62,692 bases of DNA, taken from Bifidobacterium breve. Lineage in GTDB: Bacteria > Actinomycetota > Actinomycetes > S36-B12. The stretch is taken from positions 1 to 62,692 of the forward strand of contig CAMDKJ010000001.1 of NCBI GenBank assembly GCA_945900705.1. Reading direction: 5' to 3'. The notes beneath the pieces are model-generated. The model was given only the letters and a program-made list of their open reading frames with translations, was not told the origin of the DNA and ran no database searches. The translations under genes were made by a program, and so were the position numbers. Positions 49,799 through 58,513 of the stretch are shown one piece after another. How positions within the stretch are numbered: position 1 is the stretch's first letter; each line of letters starts with the position of its first letter.

Positions 49799-50577
49799 TG
49801 AGTCCACTTATCGGCCTATCTACCTCGTCAGTTTATCCAGAAACCACAGCCGCCGCTTTCGAAATTGCCTCTTCGCTTGGCTACGACGGCGTCGAAGTAA
49901 TGGTTGGAACTGATTCAATAAGCCAAGATGTTGATGCACTGGCGGCTTTGGTTGACCACTATCAATTGCCGGTGCTGTCAATACATGCCCCGTGCCTGTT
50001 GGTCACTCAGCGCGTGTGGGGCACCGATTCATGGGCTAAATTGCGCAGGGCACAAGCCGCTGCTGAGCTACTCGGCGCGTCAACGGTGGTGGTGCACCCA
50101 CCATTTAGGTGGCAGCGTGAGTACGCGCGTACTTTCGTGGGCGGGCTGGAGGCCATGCGTAGTGAGACCGCCGTGCAATTTGCGGTAGAGAACATGTTCC
50201 CGTGGCGTGCGGTTTCGCAAAGGTTGCCAGCCTATTCACCGGGCTGGGATATCCGCGACGAGGATTACCCGCACACCACCCTTGATCTATCGCATACCTC
50301 CGTTTCCGGAAGCGATGCGCTGCAATTCGCTCGCGATCTTGGTGATCGACTCAGCCATCTGCACCTAGCCGATGGCAGTGGCTCAGTACGCGATGAGCAT
50401 TTGGTGCCCGGCCGAGGTAACCAACCTGCTGGTGCGGTACTCAGCTACTTAGCTACAACCGGCTTCGCCGGCTCGGTCATCGTCGAAGTAAGTACCCGGG
50501 GTGCGGGGTCACGTGAAATTCGCGAGAGTGATCTAACAGAGGCCCTTGCCTTTGCCAGGTTGCACCTGCGGCAATAG
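49786..50577 (+). CDS. Sugar phosphate isomerase/epimerase (xylose-isomerase-like TIM barrel)
   Basis: GYDGVEV, SIHAP, VVVHP and HLHLADG motifs. The start (GTG at 49786 or 49798) overlaps the ATPase stop. Confidence 0.8.
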   Translation: MASVVSPLIGLSTSSVYPETTAAAFEIASSLGYDGVEVMVGTDSISQDVDALAALVDHYQLPVLSIHAPCLLVTQRVWGTDSWAKLRRAQAAAELLGASTVVVHPPFRWQREYARTFVGGLEAMRSETAVQFAVENMFPWRAVSQRLPAYSPGWDIRDEDYPHTTLDLSHTSVSGSDALQFARDLGDRLSHLHLADGSGSVRDEHLVPGRGNQPAGAVLSYLATTGFAGSVIVEVSTRGAGSREIRESDLTEALAFARLHLRQ

Positions 50578-50648
50578 CTTGTCACTGATCGCCCCCGAAG
50601 GCGCCACTGCGTTGCCGAAAATTGCGCAGGCGGGCAATTCGTAGTCCG

Positions 50649-50834
50649 CGCTGGGCCTGCTACCCGCTCGAACCTTCATCGCTGGGCCTTGTACCTGCTC
50701 GAACCGTCATCGCTGGGCCTTGTACCTGCTCGAACCGTCCGCGCTGGGCCCGGTACCTGCTCGAACCGTCATCGCTGGGCCCGGTACCTGCTCGAACCGT
50801 CATCGCTGGGCGCGCTACCTGCTCGAACCGTCAT
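50649..50834. repeat. Tandem direct repeat, 6 x 31 bp, consensus CGCTGGGCCYKGTACCTGCTCGAACCGTCAT
   Basis: Units read at 50649, 50680, 50711, 50742, 50773 and 50804, head to tail with no spacers. Variation is concentrated at unit positions 9-12. Confidence 0.9.
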
Positions 50835-50850
50835 TTATTGACGGTTTTTT
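50826..50850 (+). terminator. Intrinsic-terminator-like hairpin formed by the end of the last repeat unit
   Basis: aaccgtca-tttat-tgacggtt followed by tttt. Confidence 0.5.
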
Positions 50851-50875
50851 GACGGTTTCAGCAGGTTAAAGAATC

Positions 50876-50910
50876 GGGCACTTGCTGAGCGGCGGTCAGC
50901 ACCGGTGCCC
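50876..50910. promoter_or_regulatory. Nested imperfect inverted repeat just upstream of the TetR gene (candidate operator or leader hairpin)
   Basis: GGGCAC-tt-GCTGA-gcggcgg-TCAGC-accg-GTGCCC. The spacers between the inner and outer arms are asymmetric. Confidence 0.25.
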
Positions 50911-50919
50911 GGTACGGTG

Positions 50920-51528
50920 ATGGGCATGGCTGAGCCTGACTTCACCTCATCGATTTTGGGCGCTGCTCGGGCGGTACTGGGCGCTCGAGGCTATGCCAAC
51001 ACCACCATCAAGGCGGTGGCCGCGGCGGCCGGAGTTGCCCCAGGGGTTGTTCGATCGCTATACGCCAACAAGGAGCAATTACTGGCAGCGGCTATCCGGG
51101 TGCCATTTGATCCGTCCGGCAGCATCCCTAAATTAATTGCTCCGGGTCTTGATGGCATGGGTGAGCGTTTGGTGCGCCTAACGTTGCAACTTAGCGGCGA
51201 TGAGAAAGTGCGCAAGGACGCCACCAATTTGGTGCAGTCGGCACGCGAGTCTTCCGGAGTTGAGCAGCTGCGAGTTCTAACCGACTACCTGCAGGCCACC
51301 TTGCTTGATCGGGTGGTCGGGGCAATTGGCGTTCCAGATGCGCGCATGCGCGGCGCTTTAATTACCGCGTACTTAGCCGGGGTGGCTGCGACACGATCGA
51401 TATTGAACGTGGAGCCACTTGCTTCAGCCACTGACGAGCTTGTAGTGGCACTTGTTGCACCCGCTATCCAACGACTACTCGACCCAACACAGCCACTTGC
51501 TGCCAAGGATGCGGCCGGGGAGCCATAA
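50920..51528 (+). CDS. TetR/AcrR-family transcriptional regulator
   Basis: HTH region ILGAARAVLGARGYANTTIKAVAAAAGVAPGVVRSLYANKEQLL. The start is ambiguous among 50905 GTG, 50920 ATG and 50926 ATG. Confidence 0.8.
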   Translation: MGMAEPDFTSSILGAARAVLGARGYANTTIKAVAAAAGVAPGVVRSLYANKEQLLAAAIRVPFDPSGSIPKLIAPGLDGMGERLVRLTLQLSGDEKVRKDATNLVQSARESSGVEQLRVLTDYLQATLLDRVVGAIGVPDARMRGALITAYLAGVAATRSILNVEPLASATDELVVALVAPAIQRLLDPTQPLAAKDAAGEP

Positions 51529-51537
51529 GGTCATCTG

Positions 51538-52446
51538 GTGCCAATAGTTCGCAGTATCTTCGAGCAGATTGCCAAGAACGATGCCCTCGGGGCGTTCATA
51601 GCAGGTACGCCGGTTGGCCGCGAGTTCGTGCACCGGGTTGCCGGGGGTGAGCAAGTCGAAGATGTAATTGAAGCAGCGCAACTTTTGGCCGACTCTGGAC
51701 GCCTCATTAGTTTGGAGCGTGCGTTCCGCGGCGACATCGAAGAGTCAGAGAGCACCTTGGTCTTTGCCGACTACGCAATGGCCGTGAGCGCGCTAGCTTC
51801 AACATCCTTAGCGCGCATCTCCGAGGTGGCAATTCTCCCGGAGTTCGTACTTGGTGGACGTTCCAGAGTCGCGCCGCTGAGGCAATTGTGCGCACAGGCG
51901 CAGGCCAGTCAAGTAGGTGTGATGATTGGGATGGGTCCCGCTGATTTGGTTGATGAGACGATTGATCTAGTTGGTGGATTACGCTCAGATGGCTTCGACG
52001 TTGGAGTGACGTTGCAGTCAGTGCTAAGACGTACCGAAATAGATTGCGAAACCTTCGGGGGTCGGGTGCGCCTTGTTAAAGGGGCACATAGCTCTGGCTC
52101 ACTTGATCGATTCGGCCCGGCGATAGAAGTGGACAAGTCGTATATCCGCTGCGCCAAAGCCCTGTTGAGAGCAAATGCTGAATCTGGTTTTGCCACCCAT
52201 GACCCCCGCCTAATTGAGATCATCCAGACGGTCGCCGCTCGGCTTCATCATGAAAAAGGCAGTTACGAGTTCGCCATGTATTACGGCCGCAGTTCGGGGT
52301 TGCAGCAGCGGTTGGTCGACGCGGGTGAGGCGGTTCGGGTGTATATCCCGTTCGGCCCGCAGTGGTTCGGCCGCCTCGTGGGAGGCTTGGCCGAAAGACC
52401 GTCCGGTTTACTCCCGGCGATCAGGTCGCTGCTGCCAGGTGCCTGA
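51538..52446 (+). CDS. Proline dehydrogenase-family (PF01619-like) protein, divergent
   Basis: FIAG...EDVIEAA, GVTLQSVLRRTE, VRLVKGAH, FATHDPRLIE and YEFAMYYG...VRVYIPFGPQWFGRLVGGLAERP parallel monofunctional PRODH as I recall it. Confidence 0.7.
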   Translation: MPIVRSIFEQIAKNDALGAFIAGTPVGREFVHRVAGGEQVEDVIEAAQLLADSGRLISLERAFRGDIEESESTLVFADYAMAVSALASTSLARISEVAILPEFVLGGRSRVAPLRQLCAQAQASQVGVMIGMGPADLVDETIDLVGGLRSDGFDVGVTLQSVLRRTEIDCETFGGRVRLVKGAHSSGSLDRFGPAIEVDKSYIRCAKALLRANAESGFATHDPRLIEIIQTVAARLHHEKGSYEFAMYYGRSSGLQQRLVDAGEAVRVYIPFGPQWFGRLVGGLAERPSGLLPAIRSLLPGA

Positions 52447-52471
52447 TAACCGTTTATCGAAAGGAAATGAC

Positions 52472-53269
52472 GTGACACGAATCGCGGTCCTTGGCGGCGG
52501 GGTGATGGGCGAGGCGCTAATCGTTGGCCTACAACACCAAATGAACCCTTCTCCGATTATCGTGGTCGCCGAAAAACGACCGGATCGATCGGCTGAGCTA
52601 ATTGACCGGTTTGGTGTGACGATTGCTGCTCCGGCTGACGCCGTAATTGATGCCGACGTGGTAATCATCGTGGTTAAGCCGCAGGACATCCGCGCGGTAG
52701 TAAATGAGATTGCAACTGGCGTGGCCGACGGCGCCTTGGTTATTTCCATTGCTGCCGGCATCACTACTTCGTCAATTGAAGAAGTAATCCCGCAAGCTAA
52801 TGTGGTGCGGGCAATGCCAAATACGCCGGCGCGAATTGAACTTGGGGTCACCGGGATTAGTGCAGGTGCCAATTGCGCTGCATCGGCCGCGACCCAAGCT
52901 GCGGGGTTACTGGCATCAGTTGGTACCGTCATTTTGGTGCCCGAAGATTTACAAGACGCAATAACCGCAGTTTCCGGCAGTGGCCCGGCATATGTTTTCT
53001 ATTTAGCTGAGGCCCTGATGGCTGGTGCGCTGGAGGTGGGGCTAAGTGCGAAAGATGCTCGAACCGCGGTGGTGCACACCCTGCTCGGCGCAGCCCACCT
53101 ACTTGAGGTAAGCCACGAAGAGCCAGCGGTGCTGCGCGGCAAGGTCACCTCACCCGGTGGCACCACCGCGGCGGCCATAGCGGTGTTGCAAGAGCATGAC
53201 GTCCTGGACACTTTCGTAGCGGCGATCAAAGCCGCACGGGATCGAAGCCAGGAGTTAGCTAGATCGTGA
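52472..53269 (+). CDS. proC: Pyrroline-5-carboxylate reductase
   Basis: VTRIAVLGGGVMGEAL Rossmann motif, RAMPNTPA, and SPGGTTAAAI. The GTG at 52472 has an AAGGAAA upstream. The longer track ORF overlaps the previous gene. Confidence 0.9.
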   Translation: MTRIAVLGGGVMGEALIVGLQHQMNPSPIIVVAEKRPDRSAELIDRFGVTIAAPADAVIDADVVIIVVKPQDIRAVVNEIATGVADGALVISIAAGITTSSIEEVIPQANVVRAMPNTPARIELGVTGISAGANCAASAATQAAGLLASVGTVILVPEDLQDAITAVSGSGPAYVFYLAEALMAGALEVGLSAKDARTAVVHTLLGAAHLLEVSHEEPAVLRGKVTSPGGTTAAAIAVLQEHDVLDTFVAAIKAARDRSQELARS

Positions 53270-53715
53270 GCAGACGGTTAGCCGTGCTCAGGTGGGTCGC
53301 GGTCGGTGGGGGAGGCTAATAATGGCGAGATCACCTGCCGCGGGCCTGGCCCCAACTAATTACCAAAGCCAGCGGCCACCGAGTGGATCCGTAGGCTGAA
53401 CTCCCAAAGCTGAACTCCCCAAGGTGGGTCCGAATGGCGGATTGGGGCACCCGGTGGCCCAATTCTTTCGCGAAGGGTTATCGCCCAAGTGGTGCGGTGG
53501 ACTAGGAGATAAGAGATTCCAGATCCATCTTTTTCCTAATTTGGGGGTTGGCGGCCGAAGCCGATGGCTGGGTATCACGACCGGGTCGAAATGATTTCTT
53601 TAGCAATTTGGCAAACCACCTTTCCCTGTGGCCCCGGGTGCCACTAGTGTTCGGTTTCTGATCACGCATCGGCAGGGGAGCCGAAGCGGACTACCTGCAG
53701 AAAGTTCGGTGCAAA

Positions 53716-53922
53716 ATGACCAGTAACGTCGAGCGCGGCTTTGCCGAGGTTCGCTTCCTGACCGTTGCCGAGGTTGCCTCGGTAATGCGGGTTTCGAAGA
53801 TGACCGTTTATCGATTGGTGCACGGCGGTGAGCTCCCCGCGGTCCGCGTTGGCCGCTCCTTCCGGGTGCCAGAGCAGGCCGTCCACGACTACCTTCGGGA
53901 CTCCTTCGTGGAGACCGCCTGA
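53716..53922 (+). CDS. Small MerR/excisionase-type HTH DNA-binding protein (BldC / Rv0500A-like)
   Basis: 68 aa. FLTVAEVASVMRVSKMTVYRLVHGGELPAVRVGRSFRVPEQAV. Confidence 0.85.
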   Translation: MTSNVERGFAEVRFLTVAEVASVMRVSKMTVYRLVHGGELPAVRVGRSFRVPEQAVHDYLRDSFVETA

Positions 53923-53952
53923 GGCTCCAGATAGGCTGCAGGTTGCTGGTGC

Positions 53953-53981
53953 GCGTTCCTGGGATTCCTGAACGCATTTTT
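53953..53981 (+). terminator. Weak terminator-like hairpin plus T5
   Basis: gcgttc / gaacgc form a 6-bp stem with an 11-nt loop, followed by attttt. Confidence 0.3.
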
Positions 53982-54007
53982 CGAACGGCGAACGCGAGGA
54001 TTTTTTA

Positions 54008-54106
54008 ATGGGCTCAGTGGTAAAGAAGCGCCGCAAGCGGATGGCAAAGAAGAAGCACCGCAAACTGCTGCGCCGTACCCGAGTTCAGCGCCGCAACAAG
54101 GGCTAG
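54008..54106 (+). CDS. 30S ribosomal protein bS22 (32 aa)
   Basis: My own translation gives [40 protein letters not shown] lies upstream. It is too short for the ORF track. Its position after the BldC-like gene matches mycobacteria. Confidence 0.85.
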   Translation: MGSVVKKRRKRMAKKKHRKLLRRTRVQRRNKG

Positions 54107-54155
54107 TCTGGCCCCGGTAACAAGTCACCGCGATCAGCCAGCTAGGGGGTCGGTA

Positions 54156-55115
54156 ATGGGGCGCATAGTCCTAGTCACCGGTGTCTCGCGTTATCTCGGT
54201 GGGCAAATTGCCCGAATCCTCGCTAAGGATCCGAGTATTGATCAGGTCATCGGTGTTGACGTAGTACCGCCGAAAGTTAAGTTGGCGCAGATGCAGTTCG
54301 TCCGCGCCGATATCCGAAACCCAGTTATTGCCAAAGTCCTTGGCGAGGCCGGCGTCGACACCGTGGTCCACATGGGGGTGATTGCTACCTCGAGGCAGGC
54401 CGGTGGTCGGGCGACCATGAAAGAAATCAACGTCATCGGCACGATGCAGTTACTCGCGGCCTGTCAGCGCACCCCTAGCGTCAAGGCATTAGTTGTGAAG
54501 TCGTCAGCTTCGGTATATGGAAGTGGGCCAAAGGACCCAGCGATGTTCACCGAAGAGATGCAGCCTCGGCATACCCCGCGGTCAGGGTGGGCGAAAGACT
54601 CGGTTGAGGTGGAGGGATTCGTACGCGGTTTTGCGCGCCGACGGCCAGATGTGGCCGTCACCACTTTGCGGTTCGCGAACATCATTGGCCCTGGTATCGA
54701 TACGGCGATGACCACCTATTTTTCGCTACCGGTGATACCGACGGTGTTGGGGTTTGATGCTCGGTTGCAATTCATTCATGAAGATGACGGCCTTGAGTTC
54801 GTTAAGCGTGCCGTGTTGGGTAGTTATGCCGGGACTTTCAATGTCGCGGGCAGCGGCATTTTGATGCTGTCTCAGGCGATCCGTCGAACAGGCCACAAAC
54901 GCGTTTCACTTCCGGAGTTTTTGTTCATGCCGGTCGGCCGCAGCATTAGCAGTGCTGGGCTAATTGATTTCACCACCGAACAGGTGCGTTACTTGACTTT
55001 TGGCAGGGTACTTGACACCTCTCTTGCCCAAACGACTTTTGGGCACACTCCGATGTATTCAACTCCGCAAGCATTCGCGAGTTTTCTTGCTCGACGCGAG
55101 GTGTCAGTTGCCTAA
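54156..55115 (+). CDS. NAD-dependent epimerase/dehydratase family protein
   Basis: The Rossmann motif is VLVTGVSRYLGGQIA. The fold is extended-SDR-like. Length is 319 aa. Confidence 0.85.
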   Translation: MGRIVLVTGVSRYLGGQIARILAKDPSIDQVIGVDVVPPKVKLAQMQFVRADIRNPVIAKVLGEAGVDTVVHMGVIATSRQAGGRATMKEINVIGTMQLLAACQRTPSVKALVVKSSASVYGSGPKDPAMFTEEMQPRHTPRSGWAKDSVEVEGFVRGFARRRPDVAVTTLRFANIIGPGIDTAMTTYFSLPVIPTVLGFDARLQFIHEDDGLEFVKRAVLGSYAGTFNVAGSGILMLSQAIRRTGHKRVSLPEFLFMPVGRSISSAGLIDFTTEQVRYLTFGRVLDTSLAQTTFGHTPMYSTPQAFASFLARREVSVA

Positions 55116-56019
55116 CGCAAAAATAATTCCGATTCACGGGGACGACCCGATCGTCCCGCGCCTTGTTGCAGACCTTGAGCCAGATGTAATGGCACGCCTG
55201 ATGGAGTTCTGGGAATTCTTGCAGCGCAGGCTAGCCGGAGATTATTCAGTTGACGATTTTGGTTTTGATCCGGAGTTCAACGACAAGGTACTGATGGCCT
55301 TGGTGCGTCCGATCTACAAGTCTTGGTTTCGCGTTGAAGCGTCTGGCCTCGAAAATGTACCGGACGAAACCGGGGCATTGGTGGTGGCGAATCATTCCGG
55401 TGTTATCGCCTTTGATGCGGTTATGACACAACTGGCACTCCTAGATGAGCATCCCGCCCATCGCCATCTACGCATGCTCGGATCAGACCTCGTGTTCCAG
55501 AGCCCGTTCCTGGGTGAGATCGCCCGAAAGGCAGGGCACACCTTGGCCTGCCATCCCGATGCGGAGCGCCTATTAGGTGATGGCGAGATTGTGGGCGTTT
55601 GGCCGGAGGGCTACAAGGGCATTGGCAAACCATTTGCTGAACGCTACAAACTGCAGCGTTTCGGCCGCGGCGGTTTTGTAGCAGCGGCACTTCGGACGAA
55701 GACCCCAATCATTCCGACCGCCATTGTAGGCGCCGAAGAAACGTACCCGATGATCGCGAATGCGACCGTAGTTGCTCGGCTACTTGGTTTGCCGTACTTC
55801 CCGATTACGCCGACTTTCCCACTACTTGGCCCACTTGGATTGATCCCACTGCCGAGTAAGTGGTTCATTCACTTTGGTGAACCAATTTACACCGACCAAT
55901 TTCCAGAAAATGCTGCTGACGACCCGATGCTGGTATTTGACTTGACCGATCAGGTTCGTGAGCAAATTCAGCAGACTCTTTATCGACTCCTGATGCAGCG
56001 CACTTCGGTTTTCGGCTAG
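55108..56019 (+). CDS. Lysophospholipid acyltransferase-family protein
   Basis: VVANHSGVIAFD, VWPEGYKG and IPTAIVGAEE blocks. The start is uncertain; I chose the TTG at 55108, which overlaps the upstream stop. Confidence 0.75.
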   Translation: MPNAKIIPIHGDDPIVPRLVADLEPDVMARLMEFWEFLQRRLAGDYSVDDFGFDPEFNDKVLMALVRPIYKSWFRVEASGLENVPDETGALVVANHSGVIAFDAVMTQLALLDEHPAHRHLRMLGSDLVFQSPFLGEIARKAGHTLACHPDAERLLGDGEIVGVWPEGYKGIGKPFAERYKLQRFGRGGFVAAALRTKTPIIPTAIVGAEETYPMIANATVVARLLGLPYFPITPTFPLLGPLGLIPLPSKWFIHFGEPIYTDQFPENAADDPMLVFDLTDQVREQIQQTLYRLLMQRTSVFG

Positions 56020-56912
56020 CGCTTGCGCCGGCCTATTGCGTAACCGATGGCCAAGCCGAACGCAATGCCACCCGCCACTGACAAACCTGGTGCGGAGTAC
56101 TCCTTGATCTGCGCGCGCCGGCGAAAATCCCGTATCACCCAATTATTTTCGCGAGCATGTGCCCGCAGGGTTGAGTCAGGATTAACAGCGACGGGATTGC
56201 CCACGGCTGAAAGCATTGGAATGTCATTTGATGAATCCGAGTATGCGGAGCAGGCGCTGAGGTCTAGGCCTTCGCGGGCTGCGAGAGATCTGATGGCTTC
56301 AGATTTTGCCAGGCCGTGCAGCGGGGGCCCGTTTAGCCGGCCGGTGTATATCCCGTTCTTGACTTCCGAAACCGTGCCTAGTGCACCGGTAAGACCTAAA
56401 CGTCGCGCCACCATGGTTGCCAGTTCAACCGGGGTCGCGGTTACGAGCCAGACTTGCTGCCCGGCATCAAGATGGGCTTGGGCAAGCGCCAGCGATCCGG
56501 GGATGAGTTTGTCGACCATGCTCTCGTCGAAGATCGCTTCGCCGAAAGCATTTAGTTCTTCGACACTTCGTCCTTGCACGAACGAGAGCGCGGCCTCGGT
56601 AACCGAAGCTATATCTTCGAGATCCTCGGACCCGCTGACCACAAACTTCACTTGCTTGACGGCGAAGCCAGCGATCTCCGGCATCGTGAAATATTTGCGT
56701 TTGGCTAAGCCGACGGCAAAGTGGAACACACTCGCCCCGCGGATGATCGTGTTATCGAGATCGAAGAAGGCAGCGCTGTGCGCCTGCCCGTGCGGGCTAG
56801 ACGACTCCTTCCCCGCTTTAGCCGAAGCCTCGCCGGCACGGCGATAGGCCGAGAGCACATCGAGGTTTCCGGTTTGGGTCGTGGGCGCTGCGGGCGGATC
56901 CGGTGCCGTCAT
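56016..56912 (-). CDS. HAD-IB family hydrolase (SerB-like) with a C-terminal TM segment
   Basis: AAFFDLDNTII (DxD), VTATP and AYSDSSNDIPML motifs. The C-terminus LSVAGGIAFGLAIGYAIG is hydrophobic. The start at MTAPDPP is preferred. Confidence 0.8.
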   Translation of the reverse strand: MTAPDPPAAPTTQTGNLDVLSAYRRAGEASAKAGKESSSPHGQAHSAAFFDLDNTIIRGASVFHFAVGLAKRKYFTMPEIAGFAVKQVKFVVSGSEDLEDIASVTEAALSFVQGRSVEELNAFGEAIFDESMVDKLIPGSLALAQAHLDAGQQVWLVTATPVELATMVARRLGLTGALGTVSEVKNGIYTGRLNGPPLHGLAKSEAIRSLAAREGLDLSACSAYSDSSNDIPMLSAVGNPVAVNPDSTLRAHARENNWVIRDFRRRAQIKEYSAPGLSVAGGIAFGLAIGYAIGRRKR

Positions 56913-56968
56913 AGGCTGAGCGTACCTAGGGGAGCGGCTCCTGCACAGGCATGGAGGGAGGAGTTGGC

Positions 56969-58492
56969 ATGACACCGAACTCCAACGTGGCTGAATTTGT
57001 CCGAAATTCGGCACGCAATTACCCAACCCAAGTTGCCGTCATTGATTCAGATCGGACCTTGACTTGGGCAGAACTTGATGCGCAGATTGATGCATTCGCG
57101 TGCGGTCTAATACAGCGCGGTTTGCACGCGGGTGAACGGGTAGCTGGTCTTCTTGGTAACTCAGCTGATTTTGTCGTTGCATATTTCGGTATCTTGCGCG
57201 CCGGCCTTGTTGCTGTTCCACTCAACCCGGCCTACACGGCGCCGGAGATCGCGCTACTAATAGCTGATTCGGGTGCGCGACTCTTGCTCGTAGACGAAGG
57301 CACTGCGGCTACCGCCAACGCGGCAACGGCATCACTTGCGGCATGCGAAGTGATTGTCTTGGGAAGCAGACCCTGGCTGGAAATCCTCGAAACTGGTTCG
57401 CAACTGGTACTCGCCGAGCAAGTCACCCCGACGAATGCACTAGCACTTCTGCTTTTTACCGCAGGCACCAGTGGGCGCCCAAAGGGGGCAATGCTCACTC
57501 ACGGCGCCCTACGTGCGAATGTCGAGATGATTAGGTCATTGCAGGATCCACCCGCGGTGCAGCACAGTGATGTAGTACTGCTCGTACTGCCAATGTTCCA
57601 CGTTTACGGGCTCAATGCCGCACTTGGCTTAGCGGCATCGGCCGGGGCAACTTGCGTAGTACTAGATCGCTTTGACCCGGTCGGTAGCCTTGAAGTCATC
57701 ACTAAGCACGGGGTCACTACCGTCGCTGGTGCACCCGGCATGTATCAGGCCTGGTGTCAGGTACCCGCTGCCCGCGAAGCCCTTGCCGGTGTTCGACTAT
57801 TCACCAGTGGTGGTTCACCGTTGCCACCTCGAGTATTCGAAGAGTTTGCCGCGACCACCGGCCAAGAAATCTTTGAAGGCTATGGCATGACCGAAACTGC
57901 CCCGGTCGTCGCGACAACTTTGGTCTCGGGCGTGCCCAAGCCCGGTTCAGTTGGTCGGCCGTTGCCCGGGGTGCAGGTGCGGTTGGTCCATGATGAAGGT
58001 TCTGACTCTGGGTCCGACGCCGAAGAAGGGGATCCGGGTGAGATGTGGGTTCGAGGTTCATCGGTATTTAGTGGCTATTGGCCGGATGGGGTTGGCGGGT
58101 CCGACTCTGACGGCTGGTTCCGTTCCGGTGACATCGCATTCTTCGACGCGGATGGGGACCTACATATTGTTGATCGCCGACGTGAAGTGATTTTGGTTAG
58201 CGGCTTCAATGTTTATCCACGTGAAATCGAAGTTGCCATTGATTCGATGGATGCGGTAGCTGAAGTTGCCGTGATCGGAGTGCCGGACGACGCGACCGGC
58301 GAGGCAGTTACGGCGCTCGTGGTTGCAGTTCCGGGCGTGGCACTTTCGGTAGGAGATGTGGCTGCGTATTGCGCCGAGCGGCTGGCGCGGTTTAAATGTC
58401 CATCGGTGATTCGAATTGTTGATGCGCTTCCACACTCGGCAACCGGCAAGGTGGCTAAAGGCCGACTTCGTGAGGTTTATGGAGATGAGTGA
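56969..58492 (+). CDS. AMP-dependent acyl-CoA synthetase/ligase (FadD-like)
   Basis: LLFTAGTSGRPKGAMLTH, EGYGMTE, SGDIAFFDADG and GKVAKGRLR. A GGAGGGAGGA SD lies upstream. Confidence 0.9.
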   Translation: MTPNSNVAEFVRNSARNYPTQVAVIDSDRTLTWAELDAQIDAFACGLIQRGLHAGERVAGLLGNSADFVVAYFGILRAGLVAVPLNPAYTAPEIALLIADSGARLLLVDEGTAATANAATASLAACEVIVLGSRPWLEILETGSQLVLAEQVTPTNALALLLFTAGTSGRPKGAMLTHGALRANVEMIRSLQDPPAVQHSDVVLLVLPMFHVYGLNAALGLAASAGATCVVLDRFDPVGSLEVITKHGVTTVAGAPGMYQAWCQVPAAREALAGVRLFTSGGSPLPPRVFEEFAATTGQEIFEGYGMTETAPVVATTLVSGVPKPGSVGRPLPGVQVRLVHDEGSDSGSDAEEGDPGEMWVRGSSVFSGYWPDGVGGSDSDGWFRSGDIAFFDADGDLHIVDRRREVILVSGFNVYPREIEVAIDSMDAVAEVAVIGVPDDATGEAVTALVVAVPGVALSVGDVAAYCAERLARFKCPSVIRIVDALPHSATGKVAKGRLREVYGDE

Positions 58493-58513
58493 CAAGTGCT
58501 CACTTGACCCTTC

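Noticed and set aside
50649-50834. Possible CRISPR array
   Set aside because: The repeats abut head to tail with no unique spacers, and no cas genes are in the window.
50622-50852. 76-aa plus-strand ORF running through the tandem repeat
   Set aside because: Its sequence is just the 31-bp repeat read in three rotating frames (93-nt periodicity). It has no SD and sits in a 3'-UTR/terminator context.
52214-52471. N-terminal extension of the proC ORF
   Set aside because: It overlaps the PRODH-like gene and is Arg/Ser-rich junk. The Rossmann motif begins right at the GTG at 52472.
53270-53715. Known structured RNA (RNase P, SRP, 6S) in the long spacer
   Set aside because: There is no GAGGAAAGUCCGGGC-type RNase P core. 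The resemblance of GGGUCCGAAUGGCGG to the SRP domain IV motif is only vague. SRP RNA usually lies near dnaX-recR.
53600-54063. Minus-strand ORFs of 125 and 133 aa overlapping the BldC-like gene
   Set aside because: They are Arg/Pro-rich and antisense to a strongly conserved HTH gene, with no start context.
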